From: Telmatocola sphagniphila
GTDB lineage: Bacteria; Planctomycetota; Planctomycetia; Gemmatales; Gemmataceae
Direction: 5' to 3'
DNA length: 32,000 nt
Assembly (NCBI RefSeq): GCF_018398935.1
Contig: NZ_CP074694.1
Location: 3,210,001 to 3,242,000, forward strand
The position numbers and the translations under genes were made by a program. This document shows positions 16,065 to 24,118 of the stretch, piece by piece (position 1 is the first letter of the stretch; the number at the start of each line of letters is the position of its first letter). Below the pieces are notes generated by a model that worked only from the letters and a program-made list of their open reading frames with translations, did no database searches and was not told the origin of the DNA.

Positions 16065-18074
16065 ATGCGCAATTGCTTCTATTTACTGATCTTCATTTCG
16101 TCAGCACGGAATTTTTGCAACTTAGTACACGCACAAAGTTTAGATAATTTTGGATGCATCGGGATAGCTACTGATATAGATAATCCTTCTGAGAAATTTG
16201 CGTTCATCTCAGCGAGGAGTCCAGAAAAGGCCATATGTGGATTCTCGAGAATATCGGCTAAGAGTAAAGAGCAAAGAATCGATTTTTATGTGGCGCGATT
16301 GGGTCGGAAAACGATCACATTAGAATTTTCACTGAAACAAAACTTCAATTCTATAACGGATTTCAAATCGTACAAATATGAAGGTTCCGTCTTGGTTTCT
16401 GAAGAGACCGGAAGCGAATTGGATCTCATCAAATATTCACAAAGAGGATTTCTAGACACAATCTGTTTTGCCGCGGCAAGATCTAGATTGTCCGCAGACA
16501 TTTCACCTAAAGAATTTCAGACGGTGTATGCAGACGCAAAACAGAAACAAGGGTTGGCAAATAAATCATTTGAGAAAGGTGAGTTGTCTATTACAGTCAC
16601 AAAAGCGGGAGATATTCAAAAAATTGATTTTGCTCCCACTGCAGCAAGTCGCAATAAATACGCCGCAAGCTACACTTTCAACACCCCAGTGTCCGAACAA
16701 TCGACTAAATCTTCAGGCATATACAAAATGCAATTGATTGGTCGCGATAATGCGATATTCAAAAATAATTATTCAATAGAAGTCAGTCAATACTTATACG
16801 ACAAAGCATCTATTGAAGCTGTTATTGATAGCGCTTTAAAATGCATACCTATAAAAGAACGAATCGTCGCAAAAACACCCATTGAATACGAATGGAACGG
16901 AGTCGATGCAGTAAAATCCATAGATTTAGTGGGAATTAATGCGGCAGAGAAATCTCGCTTTTCGAATGTGATTTCCAACAAAACTTTTATTGTAAGCTCG
17001 ATCGCCATATTATTGGTTGGTCTGATATATTTTAAGCCCTGGAAGCGATTCTCGAAACATAAAAATTATTTATTATGTGTAGGCATTACTCTTTGCTATG
17101 GCAATTTTTGTTTCGCCGACGATTCGCAAATTGGGCCCTATTGCGGATTGCACTGCGTTTACGCTTCCGCGCAGGCACTAAATGAGAAGATCGATTTTGA
17201 AACTTTGTTGTCCGAGAAATTTGTCAGTAGTCACGAAGGAAGCTCGACTGAAGATCTAATTCGAGCCATATCGGAAACAACAAATTTAAAATCATTCGAC
17301 TACGGTCAAATGAGTATTGCACAACTGCGAGCCACGCAGTCTCCGGTAATTTTACATACCAGATCGCCAGGAATGGCGAATTACGATCACTGGGTGACTT
17401 TTCTCGGATTTACAGAGTCCGGAAAAGTTACAATCTACGACCCGCCTAGAGCCACAATGGATATCTCAACTTCTGAGTTGCTCTCGATCTGGGATGGCTC
17501 CGGACTTATCGTGAGCAGAAAATCGTTCGATGGGTCTGTGTTCAACCCCCCGATGGAATGGATTGCAATCGTAGTAATTACTATGTTTGTATTCTCGTTA
17601 CTAAAAAAAATATTAGCAAATCGTTTTCTCGTCATTCCAATCGCGACGGTTAGTATCGCGCTCGGCTGGCATATATTTTCACCTGTTGGTTTCTGGAACG
17701 GCAAATCTGGAATAGCATATATTACTGCTTCATATTTTCATACTACTCCCGAAGAAATCGATTTTGAACATTTCGATAGCATTAGGTCAAATATGAATGT
17801 TGCCCTAATAGATGCTCGACCCAGCGACATATATCGACGCAAGACTATTCCGGGAGCCTTGAACCTTCCTATTAATACGGGCTATTTGGGTATGAAAGAA
17901 ATCCTCCATCAAATTTCTCCAGATAAAACTGTGATTGTATTTTGTCAAAGTGAAAATTGCCTTTGGGCGGACGAAATAGCTGGTTTGTTCGTTCCTCAAG
18001 GTTACAAACATGTATTAATTTACCGCGGCGGCATGAACGATTGGAATCATCGCACCTCAACCTCTGGGAAATAA
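16065..18074 (+). CDS. Polytopic membrane protein: unknown N-terminal domain + C39-like (papain-fold) cysteine peptidase domain + C-terminal rhodanese-like domain
   Basis: The peptidase-like block is DDSQIGPYCGLHCVYASAQAL (Cys360, codon 17142-17144) ... YDHWVTFLGF (His442) ... VTIYDP (Asp459). This matches the Q/C...H...D pattern of bacteriocin-processing C39 domains. The rhodanese-like block is VALIDARPSDIYRRKTIPGALNLPIN...KTVIVFCQSENCLWADEIA...GYKHVLIYRGGMNDW (Cys627, Cys632). Hydrophobic segments: N-terminal signal-like, FIVSSIAILLVGLIYF, YLLCVGITLCYGNFCFA, WIAIVVITMFVFSLL and FLVIPIATVSIALGWHIF. Confidence 0.7.
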   Translation: MRNCFYLLIFISSARNFCNLVHAQSLDNFGCIGIATDIDNPSEKFAFISARSPEKAICGFSRISAKSKEQRIDFYVARLGRKTITLEFSLKQNFNSITDFKSYKYEGSVLVSEETGSELDLIKYSQRGFLDTICFAAARSRLSADISPKEFQTVYADAKQKQGLANKSFEKGELSITVTKAGDIQKIDFAPTAASRNKYAASYTFNTPVSEQSTKSSGIYKMQLIGRDNAIFKNNYSIEVSQYLYDKASIEAVIDSALKCIPIKERIVAKTPIEYEWNGVDAVKSIDLVGINAAEKSRFSNVISNKTFIVSSIAILLVGLIYFKPWKRFSKHKNYLLCVGITLCYGNFCFADDSQIGPYCGLHCVYASAQALNEKIDFETLLSEKFVSSHEGSSTEDLIRAISETTNLKSFDYGQMSIAQLRATQSPVILHTRSPGMANYDHWVTFLGFTESGKVTIYDPPRATMDISTSELLSIWDGSGLIVSRKSFDGSVFNPPMEWIAIVVITMFVFSLLKKILANRFLVIPIATVSIALGWHIFSPVGFWNGKSGIAYITASYFHTTPEEIDFEHFDSIRSNMNVALIDARPSDIYRRKTIPGALNLPINTGYLGMKEILHQISPDKTVIVFCQSENCLWADEIAGLFVPQGYKHVLIYRGGMNDWNHRTSTSGK

Positions 18075-18079
18075 TTTTT

Positions 18080-18541
18080 ATGTTATATCGAGATTGGATT
18101 ATCGGCTTACCCGTTTCGGGAATATTGCTTTTTTCCTCATTCCCGCTTATCGACAATAGCTATCATTTTCTTTCCACTATTTATTCGTATCAGATTTGCA
18201 ACCAGTCATTTGGAATTGCGACCTCCATGTTACTTCCATTTTTTCAGTTAACAATAGGTTTAGCCTTGTTAACTGATGAGAGATTGCGAAGACCCGCATT
18301 TGTATTTTCAGCTTTCCTGTTTTTCTCCTTTGCCACTTTACAAATAATCACGCTCGCAAGAGGTTTGAATATATCTTGCGGTTCTTTCGGCGGCTCCGCC
18401 TCAAATCCTATAGGAATTAAATCGATTTCAATTTCGGCAATCGGATTTCTTCTCTCGTGTGTTGGGTTCTGCACCAAGTCATCGGCAGAGAGTCGGGAGC
18501 AGACTCGTTCGCCTGGATCGGCTCGAGAAAATCTCACCTAA
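18080..18541 (+). CDS. MauE/DoxX-family redox-associated membrane protein (153 aa)
   Basis: I take the start at ATG 18080, 5 nt after the upstream stop; the ORF track's extension to 17957 overlaps that gene. Four TM segments are present. The family-like layout is ...LLPFFQLTIGLALL..., ...FLFFSFATLQIITLARGLNISCGSFGG. As I recall, the canonical motif is CGCFG; here it is CGSFG, with Cys100 at codon 18377-18379. Confidence 0.65.
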   Translation: MLYRDWIIGLPVSGILLFSSFPLIDNSYHFLSTIYSYQICNQSFGIATSMLLPFFQLTIGLALLTDERLRRPAFVFSAFLFFSFATLQIITLARGLNISCGSFGGSASNPIGIKSISISAIGFLLSCVGFCTKSSAESREQTRSPGSARENLT

Positions 18542-18804
18542 ATACCTAATGGAAGGTTATTTAATCTGAATAGTTACGATTCTTGACATCTGCGGTTTCC
18601 ATTGGCTCCGCCTAGACCATGGATCCTGCAAGCACTTCTCTTGAAAAAGAGTTCCTTCGCGCGAAAGACCGATTTCGTCTGAATGCCAATGCCGCGGCTT
18701 CTCTTAACTGACACCTCCCTCCACCAAATTATCTCGCTTTTTCGAAAAATCGCGATTATCATTTTCAAGGATAACCCTCCCGCCCGCTTCTGTGAGACTC
18801 TCGC

Positions 18805-21800
18805 ATGCTTCGTCTGTTTCTCGTTGCCGCTCTGGCTCTGTCGCTTTGGAATAACCGGGCCGCCGCGCAAGTTCCGCCGGAAAAATCGATCTCGACCATG
18901 AAGGTCTCCCCCGATCTGAAAGTCGAACTGTTTGCATCCGAACCGATGCTCATCAACCCGACGGCCATGGACATCGATCATAAAGGGCGGGTCTGGATCA
19001 CCGAAGCCGTTAATTACCGGCGAAAGAACTTTGGCCGACCGATCCTGCGGCCCGAGGGGGACCGCATCGTCGTTCTCACAGACAAGACTGGCGAAGGCAA
19101 AGCGACCGAGGCCGTTACGTTCTACCAATCGCCGGAGTTGATTGCTCCTCTGGGCATTTGCGTCGTTCCCTATGCCGACGGCAAAGGACAGAAAGTGTTC
19201 GTGGCTCAGTCCCCGAATATCTGGGTTTTCGAAGACAAAGACGGCGATCTTAAGGCCGACGGACCACCCAAGGTACTGCTGACGGGCTTTGGTGGTTTCG
19301 ACCACGATCACGGCGTCCACGGCCTGAGCATCGGGCCGGATAACAAGCTCTATTTCACCGTGGGCGATCAAGGCGTTAAAGACTTACAATCGAGCGATGG
19401 CAAGGGCCGGAAGTGGACCAGCAATAATACCGATTGCCGCGCCGGTACGGTCTGGCGTTGCGATCAGGATGGCACCCATCTCGAATTGATCGCTCACAAT
19501 TTCCGCAACAATTACGAGTGCTGCGTCAACAGCTTCGGCGAAATCTGGCTCTCCGACAACGACGACGACGGCAACCAGCAAACTCGCATCTGCTACGTCA
19601 TGCCCGGTGGTAACTACGGCTATCATCCACGTGGGCCGGGCGAAAGTCACTGGCATGAAGAACAGCCGGGAATCGTTCACAAAGTCTTGCGAACCGGCTT
19701 CGGCAGCCCGACCGGAATCACCTTCTATGAAGGCACTCTGATGCCGGAAAGATTCCAAGGCGAACTGCTGCATTGCGACGCCGGACCACGAGAGGTGCGA
19801 CGATTCAAACGTATTCCGCGTGGTGCTGGTTACGAACTTGAGAAAGAAGTGATTCTGACTAGTACCGATAATTGGTTCCGACCAGTCGATGTGCGGGTGG
19901 CTCCCGATGGCAGTATTTTCGTCTGCGACTGGTACGACCCCGGCGTCGGCGGTCACGGCATGGGCGACTGGACCCGCGGCCGAGTCTATCGCATCACGCC
20001 GAAGGAGCATAAGGGGTATAAGATTCCCAGTTACAATCTCAACGCCGACGATGATTTGCTCGCCGGCTTCAATAACCCGAATTTGGCCACCCGAAACTAC
20101 ATCCGGGCCGCGCTCGTCAAAGCCAAAGAAGATCAACGATTCAGCGTATTATTTAATGCTCTGAGAAGTTCGGAGAACAAAAATACGACATCGGCTCGAG
20201 CTCTATATGCGTTTTCGACGATGATGTATCCGCAATATCTCGACCGGATCTGCGATACGGTTCTCTACAACAGCCACTTCCAACCGATTTGGACCACCCT
20301 GATTCGTATCGTCGATGAAACTCGGCACCCAGTTTCGTTCGACAAGTTTCTTCCCTCGGCGGAAAAGAAATCTTTCGAAAGCTGGCTGAACAATACGGAC
20401 ATTGAACAGCGTACAGAATTGCTTCTGGTTTCCCGAAATATGCCTGCGGAAGCGATCAGCAAGTTCTTTTACGAACAGGCCAAGAGTTGGAACGGCCAGG
20501 ACCGCTTCTACCTTTCTGCCCTCAACATCGCTTGCGGAACGGAACCAACGCGTCGCGCGGCCCTACTCGCCGATTTCGAGAAAAACTTCCCCGAATGGAA
20601 CGACAAAGTCGCCGATCTGGTCTGGGAACTCCGACCCAAATCGATGTTGACCAAGCTGGGAACCCTCCTCGATGATCCCAAACTCACGGCCACTCAGAAA
20701 TCTCGAGTCATTGATATCCTGGCTTCTTCGGATGAGGCCGAGGCAGGGAAATCGCTCCTGGCACTTCTCGGTAAAACAGCGAGCCCCGAGATTCGCGACC
20801 GCATTCTCGATAACCTGAAGCGATTCCTACCCGGCAAGTGGAACTCACTTCGTCAGGCCCCCGAATTGACTCAGGCTATCGCCAAGCTCATCGGCGATAA
20901 ATCGACGGCCGTGGCCGGGTTAGGATTAATTGCCGTTTCCAAGCGGAATGAAATGCTGGAGAAGGTCGAAAGCCTCATCCACAACAAGGAAATGCCGCTG
21001 GAAGTCCGGCAGAAGGCCGTGCTGACGCTGGGGAGTCTCTGGAATTCCAACACCATCGAAATTCTTCATCATCTGCTGATGGAGAAAGAATTGGCCCCCA
21101 AGGCGGTGGAAGCTCTCGGCGTCATTCTCGATGAAGCGGGCCGACGACAGACTGAAACCAGCGTCCATGCCATTAAGCTGTTAACCACGGCCTTGACTCA
21201 ACCGGAATTCGCCGCCCTACGATCTCAGATTCTCGGCGTCCTGGCCGGTAGCCGTCCGGGGGTGCAGTATCTGATTTCGGAACAGGAAAAGAAAAAACTG
21301 CCCGCAGAACTGGTAATGGAAGCCGGTCGACTGGCCCGCAACACTCCTCACCAGGATTTACGAAATCGGGCCATGATCGCTTTCCCGGTAACGGCGGGGA
21401 AGCTTGATCCCAAGAAACTTCCGGCCATTTCCGAACTGATTAAACGCAACGGCAATGCCGAGCATGGGAAAACGCTGCTTCTGGCGTCCTTGAAAAACGA
21501 ATCGCAATGCTTGCGTTGTCACATGGTACGCGGCATCGGGGGCAACATCGGACCCGATCTTTCGATGATCGGCAAGAAGGCCGCCGGGAAAGAAAACCTC
21601 TACGACTCGATTCTTACCCCGTCGAAGGCCATCGCCGATCAGTACATCCAATGGACGATCGTAGATGAAGGCGGTCAGTCGGTCACCGGCCTGCTGGTCG
21701 GCGAGACGGAAACCGAAGTCGCCATTCGCGATGCGAACGGGAAAGATACAAAAATCCCCTTGAAATCGATCGAACAGCGAAAGAAGAGTCTGGTTTCGCT

Positions 21801-22374
21801 GATGCCCGATAACCTGGTTGCCACCATGAGCGAATCCGATCTCATCGATCTCGTCGAATATCTGACCACGCTGAAAACCGCTTCGTTGACCCCCGAAAGT
21901 TTCCAGATCGTCGGACCATTCCCGAACGACGAATCCGATTCGGGACTGCGAACGGCCTTCGAACCTGAAAAAGGCCCTATCAATCTCGGGGCGAAGTATA
22001 AGGGCAAAGAAGGGGACGTCACCTGGCGGACCATCAAGAGCAACGGCGGCGGTTATTTCGATCTGAAATCTTTCCATGCACCGAAGAGCGATCTGATCAC
22101 CTCGTACGTCTACCAGACCATCGAATCCCCCAAGGATCAAGCGGCAGTTCTTCTTTTAGGTCACGACGATGGCGTGAAACTGTGGGTCAACGGCAAAGAA
22201 GTCTACAACGACGCCTCACACGTGGCTGCACAACCCGAGCAACAGAAGATCCCAGTGACGCTGAAGAAAGGTAAGAACGAAATTCTGATGAAGATTATCA
22301 ACGGGGATGGCGAGCACGGCTTCTACTTTGCCTTAACCAGCGAGGAAGAACTGAAGCTGGCCGGGAAGAAATAG
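18805..22374 (+). CDS. PVC-type heme-binding CxxCH protein: membrane-bound dehydrogenase-like beta-propeller + HEAT repeats + cytochrome c domain + C-terminal beta-sandwich-like domain
   Basis: Signal peptide MLRLFLVAALALSLWNNRAAA. The N-terminal block FASEPMLINPTAMDIDHKGRVWITEAVNYR is typical of the Pirellula/Verrucomicrobium 'putative membrane-bound dehydrogenase' domain. A central helical-repeat region follows. The heme motif CLRCHMVRGIGGNIGPDLS lies at 21508-21522. The C-terminal region is LLLGHDDGVKLWVNGKEVYND...GEHGFYFAL. Confidence 0.85.
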   Translation: MLRLFLVAALALSLWNNRAAAQVPPEKSISTMKVSPDLKVELFASEPMLINPTAMDIDHKGRVWITEAVNYRRKNFGRPILRPEGDRIVVLTDKTGEGKATEAVTFYQSPELIAPLGICVVPYADGKGQKVFVAQSPNIWVFEDKDGDLKADGPPKVLLTGFGGFDHDHGVHGLSIGPDNKLYFTVGDQGVKDLQSSDGKGRKWTSNNTDCRAGTVWRCDQDGTHLELIAHNFRNNYECCVNSFGEIWLSDNDDDGNQQTRICYVMPGGNYGYHPRGPGESHWHEEQPGIVHKVLRTGFGSPTGITFYEGTLMPERFQGELLHCDAGPREVRRFKRIPRGAGYELEKEVILTSTDNWFRPVDVRVAPDGSIFVCDWYDPGVGGHGMGDWTRGRVYRITPKEHKGYKIPSYNLNADDDLLAGFNNPNLATRNYIRAALVKAKEDQRFSVLFNALRSSENKNTTSARALYAFSTMMYPQYLDRICDTVLYNSHFQPIWTTLIRIVDETRHPVSFDKFLPSAEKKSFESWLNNTDIEQRTELLLVSRNMPAEAISKFFYEQAKSWNGQDRFYLSALNIACGTEPTRRAALLADFEKNFPEWNDKVADLVWELRPKSMLTKLGTLLDDPKLTATQKSRVIDILASSDEAEAGKSLLALLGKTASPEIRDRILDNLKRFLPGKWNSLRQAPELTQAIAKLIGDKSTAVAGLGLIAVSKRNEMLEKVESLIHNKEMPLEVRQKAVLTLGSLWNSNTIEILHHLLMEKELAPKAVEALGVILDEAGRRQTETSVHAIKLLTTALTQPEFAALRSQILGVLAGSRPGVQYLISEQEKKKLPAELVMEAGRLARNTPHQDLRNRAMIAFPVTAGKLDPKKLPAISELIKRNGNAEHGKTLLLASLKNESQCLRCHMVRGIGGNIGPDLSMIGKKAAGKENLYDSILTPSKAIADQYIQWTIVDEGGQSVTGLLVGETETEVAIRDANGKDTKIPLKSIEQRKKSLVSLMPDNLVATMSESDLIDLVEYLTTLKTASLTPESFQIVGPFPNDESDSGLRTAFEPEKGPINLGAKYKGKEGDVTWRTIKSNGGGYFDLKSFHAPKSDLITSYVYQTIESPKDQAAVLLLGHDDGVKLWVNGKEVYNDASHVAAQPEQQKIPVTLKKGKNEILMKIINGDGEHGFYFALTSEEELKLAGKK

Positions 22375-22401
22375 CCGGGTATTCTCGAAAAACCTCTAGC
22401 G

Positions 22402-22429
22402 TAAGCGAATGGACCTATCCATTCGCTTA
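22402..22429 (+). terminator. Perfect 12-bp hairpin downstream of the 1189-aa gene (no U-tract)
   Basis: TAAGCGAATGGA-ccta-TCCATTCGCTTA begins 27 nt after the stop at 22374. It is followed by TACGCCC rather than a T-run. Confidence 0.45.
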
Positions 22430-22545
22430 TACGCCCAAGCATCAGATTCCCCAATTGATGTAACGGTTACAGCTTTACTCCCTTGCCCATTCGGTTGGAA
22501 GCCTCTAAAGATACTAGTGCTAATTCTGCTGTAGTGGTAGGCACC

Positions 22546-23265
22546 ATGATTTCCGTCAAGAATCTCACCAAGTACTACGGCGATTACCCCGCCGTACGTG
22601 ACATTTCGTTCGAAGTCTCCAAGGGCCAGGTGGTTGGTTTTCTAGGCCCCAACGGGGCCGGGAAGTCCACGACCATGCGTATCCTGGCGGGCTTCTCGAC
22701 AGCCACTTCGGGACAGGCCACCGTCGATGGTAAAGATGTCTTCTGGAATCCCATCGAAGCTCGTCGCCGTATTGGTTACATGCCCGAAAGCTGTCCTCTG
22801 TACACGGAAATGCGAGTGGAAGAATACTTGCGTTTTCGCGGCGGTTTGAAAGGTCTGAACCGTTCGACCACCCGCAAGCGTATAGATTTCGTGCTGGAAC
22901 GCTGCTGGCTCAAAGATCAGCGCCGACAGTTGATTGGAACTTTATCTAAAGGTTATCGGCAACGCGTCGGTTTGGCGGATTCGCTGCTGGCCGATCCGCC
23001 CGTATTAATTCTCGACGAACCGACGGCCGGGCTCGATCCTACGCAGATTCGCGAAACCCGCAAATTAATTCGCGAGCTGGGCAACCAACATACGATTCTG
23101 CTTTCCACGCACATTCTCTCTGAGGTTGAGATGGCCTGCGATTCGGTCATCATGATCAATCAGGGGAAAGTAGCGATGGAAGGTACGCTGGAAAGTATCC
23201 GGCACATGGGCGGTAATCGCAGCCTCGAAGACATCTTCGTGCAGATTACCGGTGTAGTCGATTAA
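22546..23265 (+). CDS. ABC transporter ATP-binding protein (ABC-2 / GldA-like)
   Basis: I take the start at ATG 22546 (MISVKNLTKYYG). Motifs present: Walker A GPNGAGKST, signature LSKGYRQRV, Walker B VLILDEPTAGLD, and H-loop LLSTH. Confidence 0.9.
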   Translation: MISVKNLTKYYGDYPAVRDISFEVSKGQVVGFLGPNGAGKSTTMRILAGFSTATSGQATVDGKDVFWNPIEARRRIGYMPESCPLYTEMRVEEYLRFRGGLKGLNRSTTRKRIDFVLERCWLKDQRRQLIGTLSKGYRQRVGLADSLLADPPVLILDEPTAGLDPTQIRETRKLIRELGNQHTILLSTHILSEVEMACDSVIMINQGKVAMEGTLESIRHMGGNRSLEDIFVQITGVVD

Positions 23266-23287
23266 TTCTCAGGAAATTGAAGATACC

Positions 23288-24052
23288 ATGCGTCCGACAT
23301 ACAGCTTAATGAAACGGGAATTCTCGGCCTACTTCCTCTCGCCGATCGCCTATGTGGTGCTGTTCGTGTTCCTGCTGGTTACTGGCCACCTTTTTTACAT
23401 CACCACGAATCTGTTAACCGAGCACGGCCCGCGCGGCGTCGAATTTCCCATGCAGGTTCTGCTGGGGGATGAGCGATTCTGGCTGGTCTTTTTGTTTATT
23501 CCGCCGCTACTGACGATGCGATTGTTCGCCGAAGAACGGGGCTCCGGAACGCTGGAAGTTTTGCTGACCGCCCCCATTCGCGACTGGCAGGTGGTGTTCG
23601 CCAAGTTCTTCGCCTGCTTCAAGTTTTACATCGTCATGTGGCTACCCACGCTTCTCTACCTGCCAATTCTGCTCGACTGGAACTGGGAGACCATGAAGCC
23701 GGGCATCGATCCGGGCCCGGTGATTGCCTCCTATGTCGGGGTCATCCTGGCGGGAGCCATGTTCCTGGCGCTGGGGCTCTTCGTCAGCAGTCTGGTGAAA
23801 AGCCAGATGGTGGCTGCCTTAATCACTCTGATGTTATCTCTGCTCTTTATCGTCGCCGGCTTCTGGCGTCCCGACATGGATACCTCAAGCCTGTTTTATC
23901 GCATTCTTTATTTCGTCAGCGTGCCCTTGCATTTCAGCAAGGATTTCACACGCGGTATATTGGATACCCGACATCTGGTGCTTTACTGCACCGTAACTCT
24001 GTTTTGCCTGTTCCTGACCGTGCGAAGCCTGGAAAGCCGACGCTGGAAGTAA
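23288..24052 (+). CDS. ABC-2 type transporter permease (GldF-like)
   Basis: 254 aa with about 6 hydrophobic segments. The gene starts 22 nt after the ATPase gene. The N-terminus REFSAYFLSPIAYVVLFVFLL is typical of GldF-like permeases. Confidence 0.8.
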   Translation: MRPTYSLMKREFSAYFLSPIAYVVLFVFLLVTGHLFYITTNLLTEHGPRGVEFPMQVLLGDERFWLVFLFIPPLLTMRLFAEERGSGTLEVLLTAPIRDWQVVFAKFFACFKFYIVMWLPTLLYLPILLDWNWETMKPGIDPGPVIASYVGVILAGAMFLALGLFVSSLVKSQMVAALITLMLSLLFIVAGFWRPDMDTSSLFYRILYFVSVPLHFSKDFTRGILDTRHLVLYCTVTLFCLFLTVRSLESRRWK

Positions 24053-24118
24053 TTTTCGCAGTCCGTCTTATAAGGGCTTTGGTAACCGAAATCGACTTAG
24101 GAATTAACCCAGACAGCC

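Larger units (their letters stand above)
15100..18590 (+). other. Compositionally distinct AT-rich island carrying three co-oriented genes
   Basis: Hand counts on sample 60-nt lines inside the block give 19-29 G+C per line. Flanking genes at 13.0, 19.0 and 24.3 kb give 32-39 per line. Codon choice shifts to A/T-ending codons. No integrase, transposase, tRNA or flanking direct repeats were seen. Confidence 0.6.

Noticed and set aside
18656-18665. Perfect 10-bp palindrome TTCGCGCGAA, with an adjacent CCATGGATCC, in the spacer after the MauE-like gene
   Set aside because: It is short and single-copy in the window, and expected by chance at this scale. No partner half-sites or repeats were seen.
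15050-18804. Flanking direct repeats, a tRNA fragment or an integrase that would define the island as a mobile element
   Set aside because: I compared the left (15050-15300) and right (18542-18804) flanks by eye. I found no shared repeat of 10 nt or more, no tRNA-like sequence and no recombinase ORF. The region is therefore labelled only as compositionally distinct, not as a mobile element.
18574-22140. Antisense ORFs 18574..19371, 19384..20136 and 21358..22140 opposite the 1189-aa gene
   Set aside because: They are shadow ORFs of a confidently assigned gene. 18574..19371 also extends into the upstream intergenic region without any start context.
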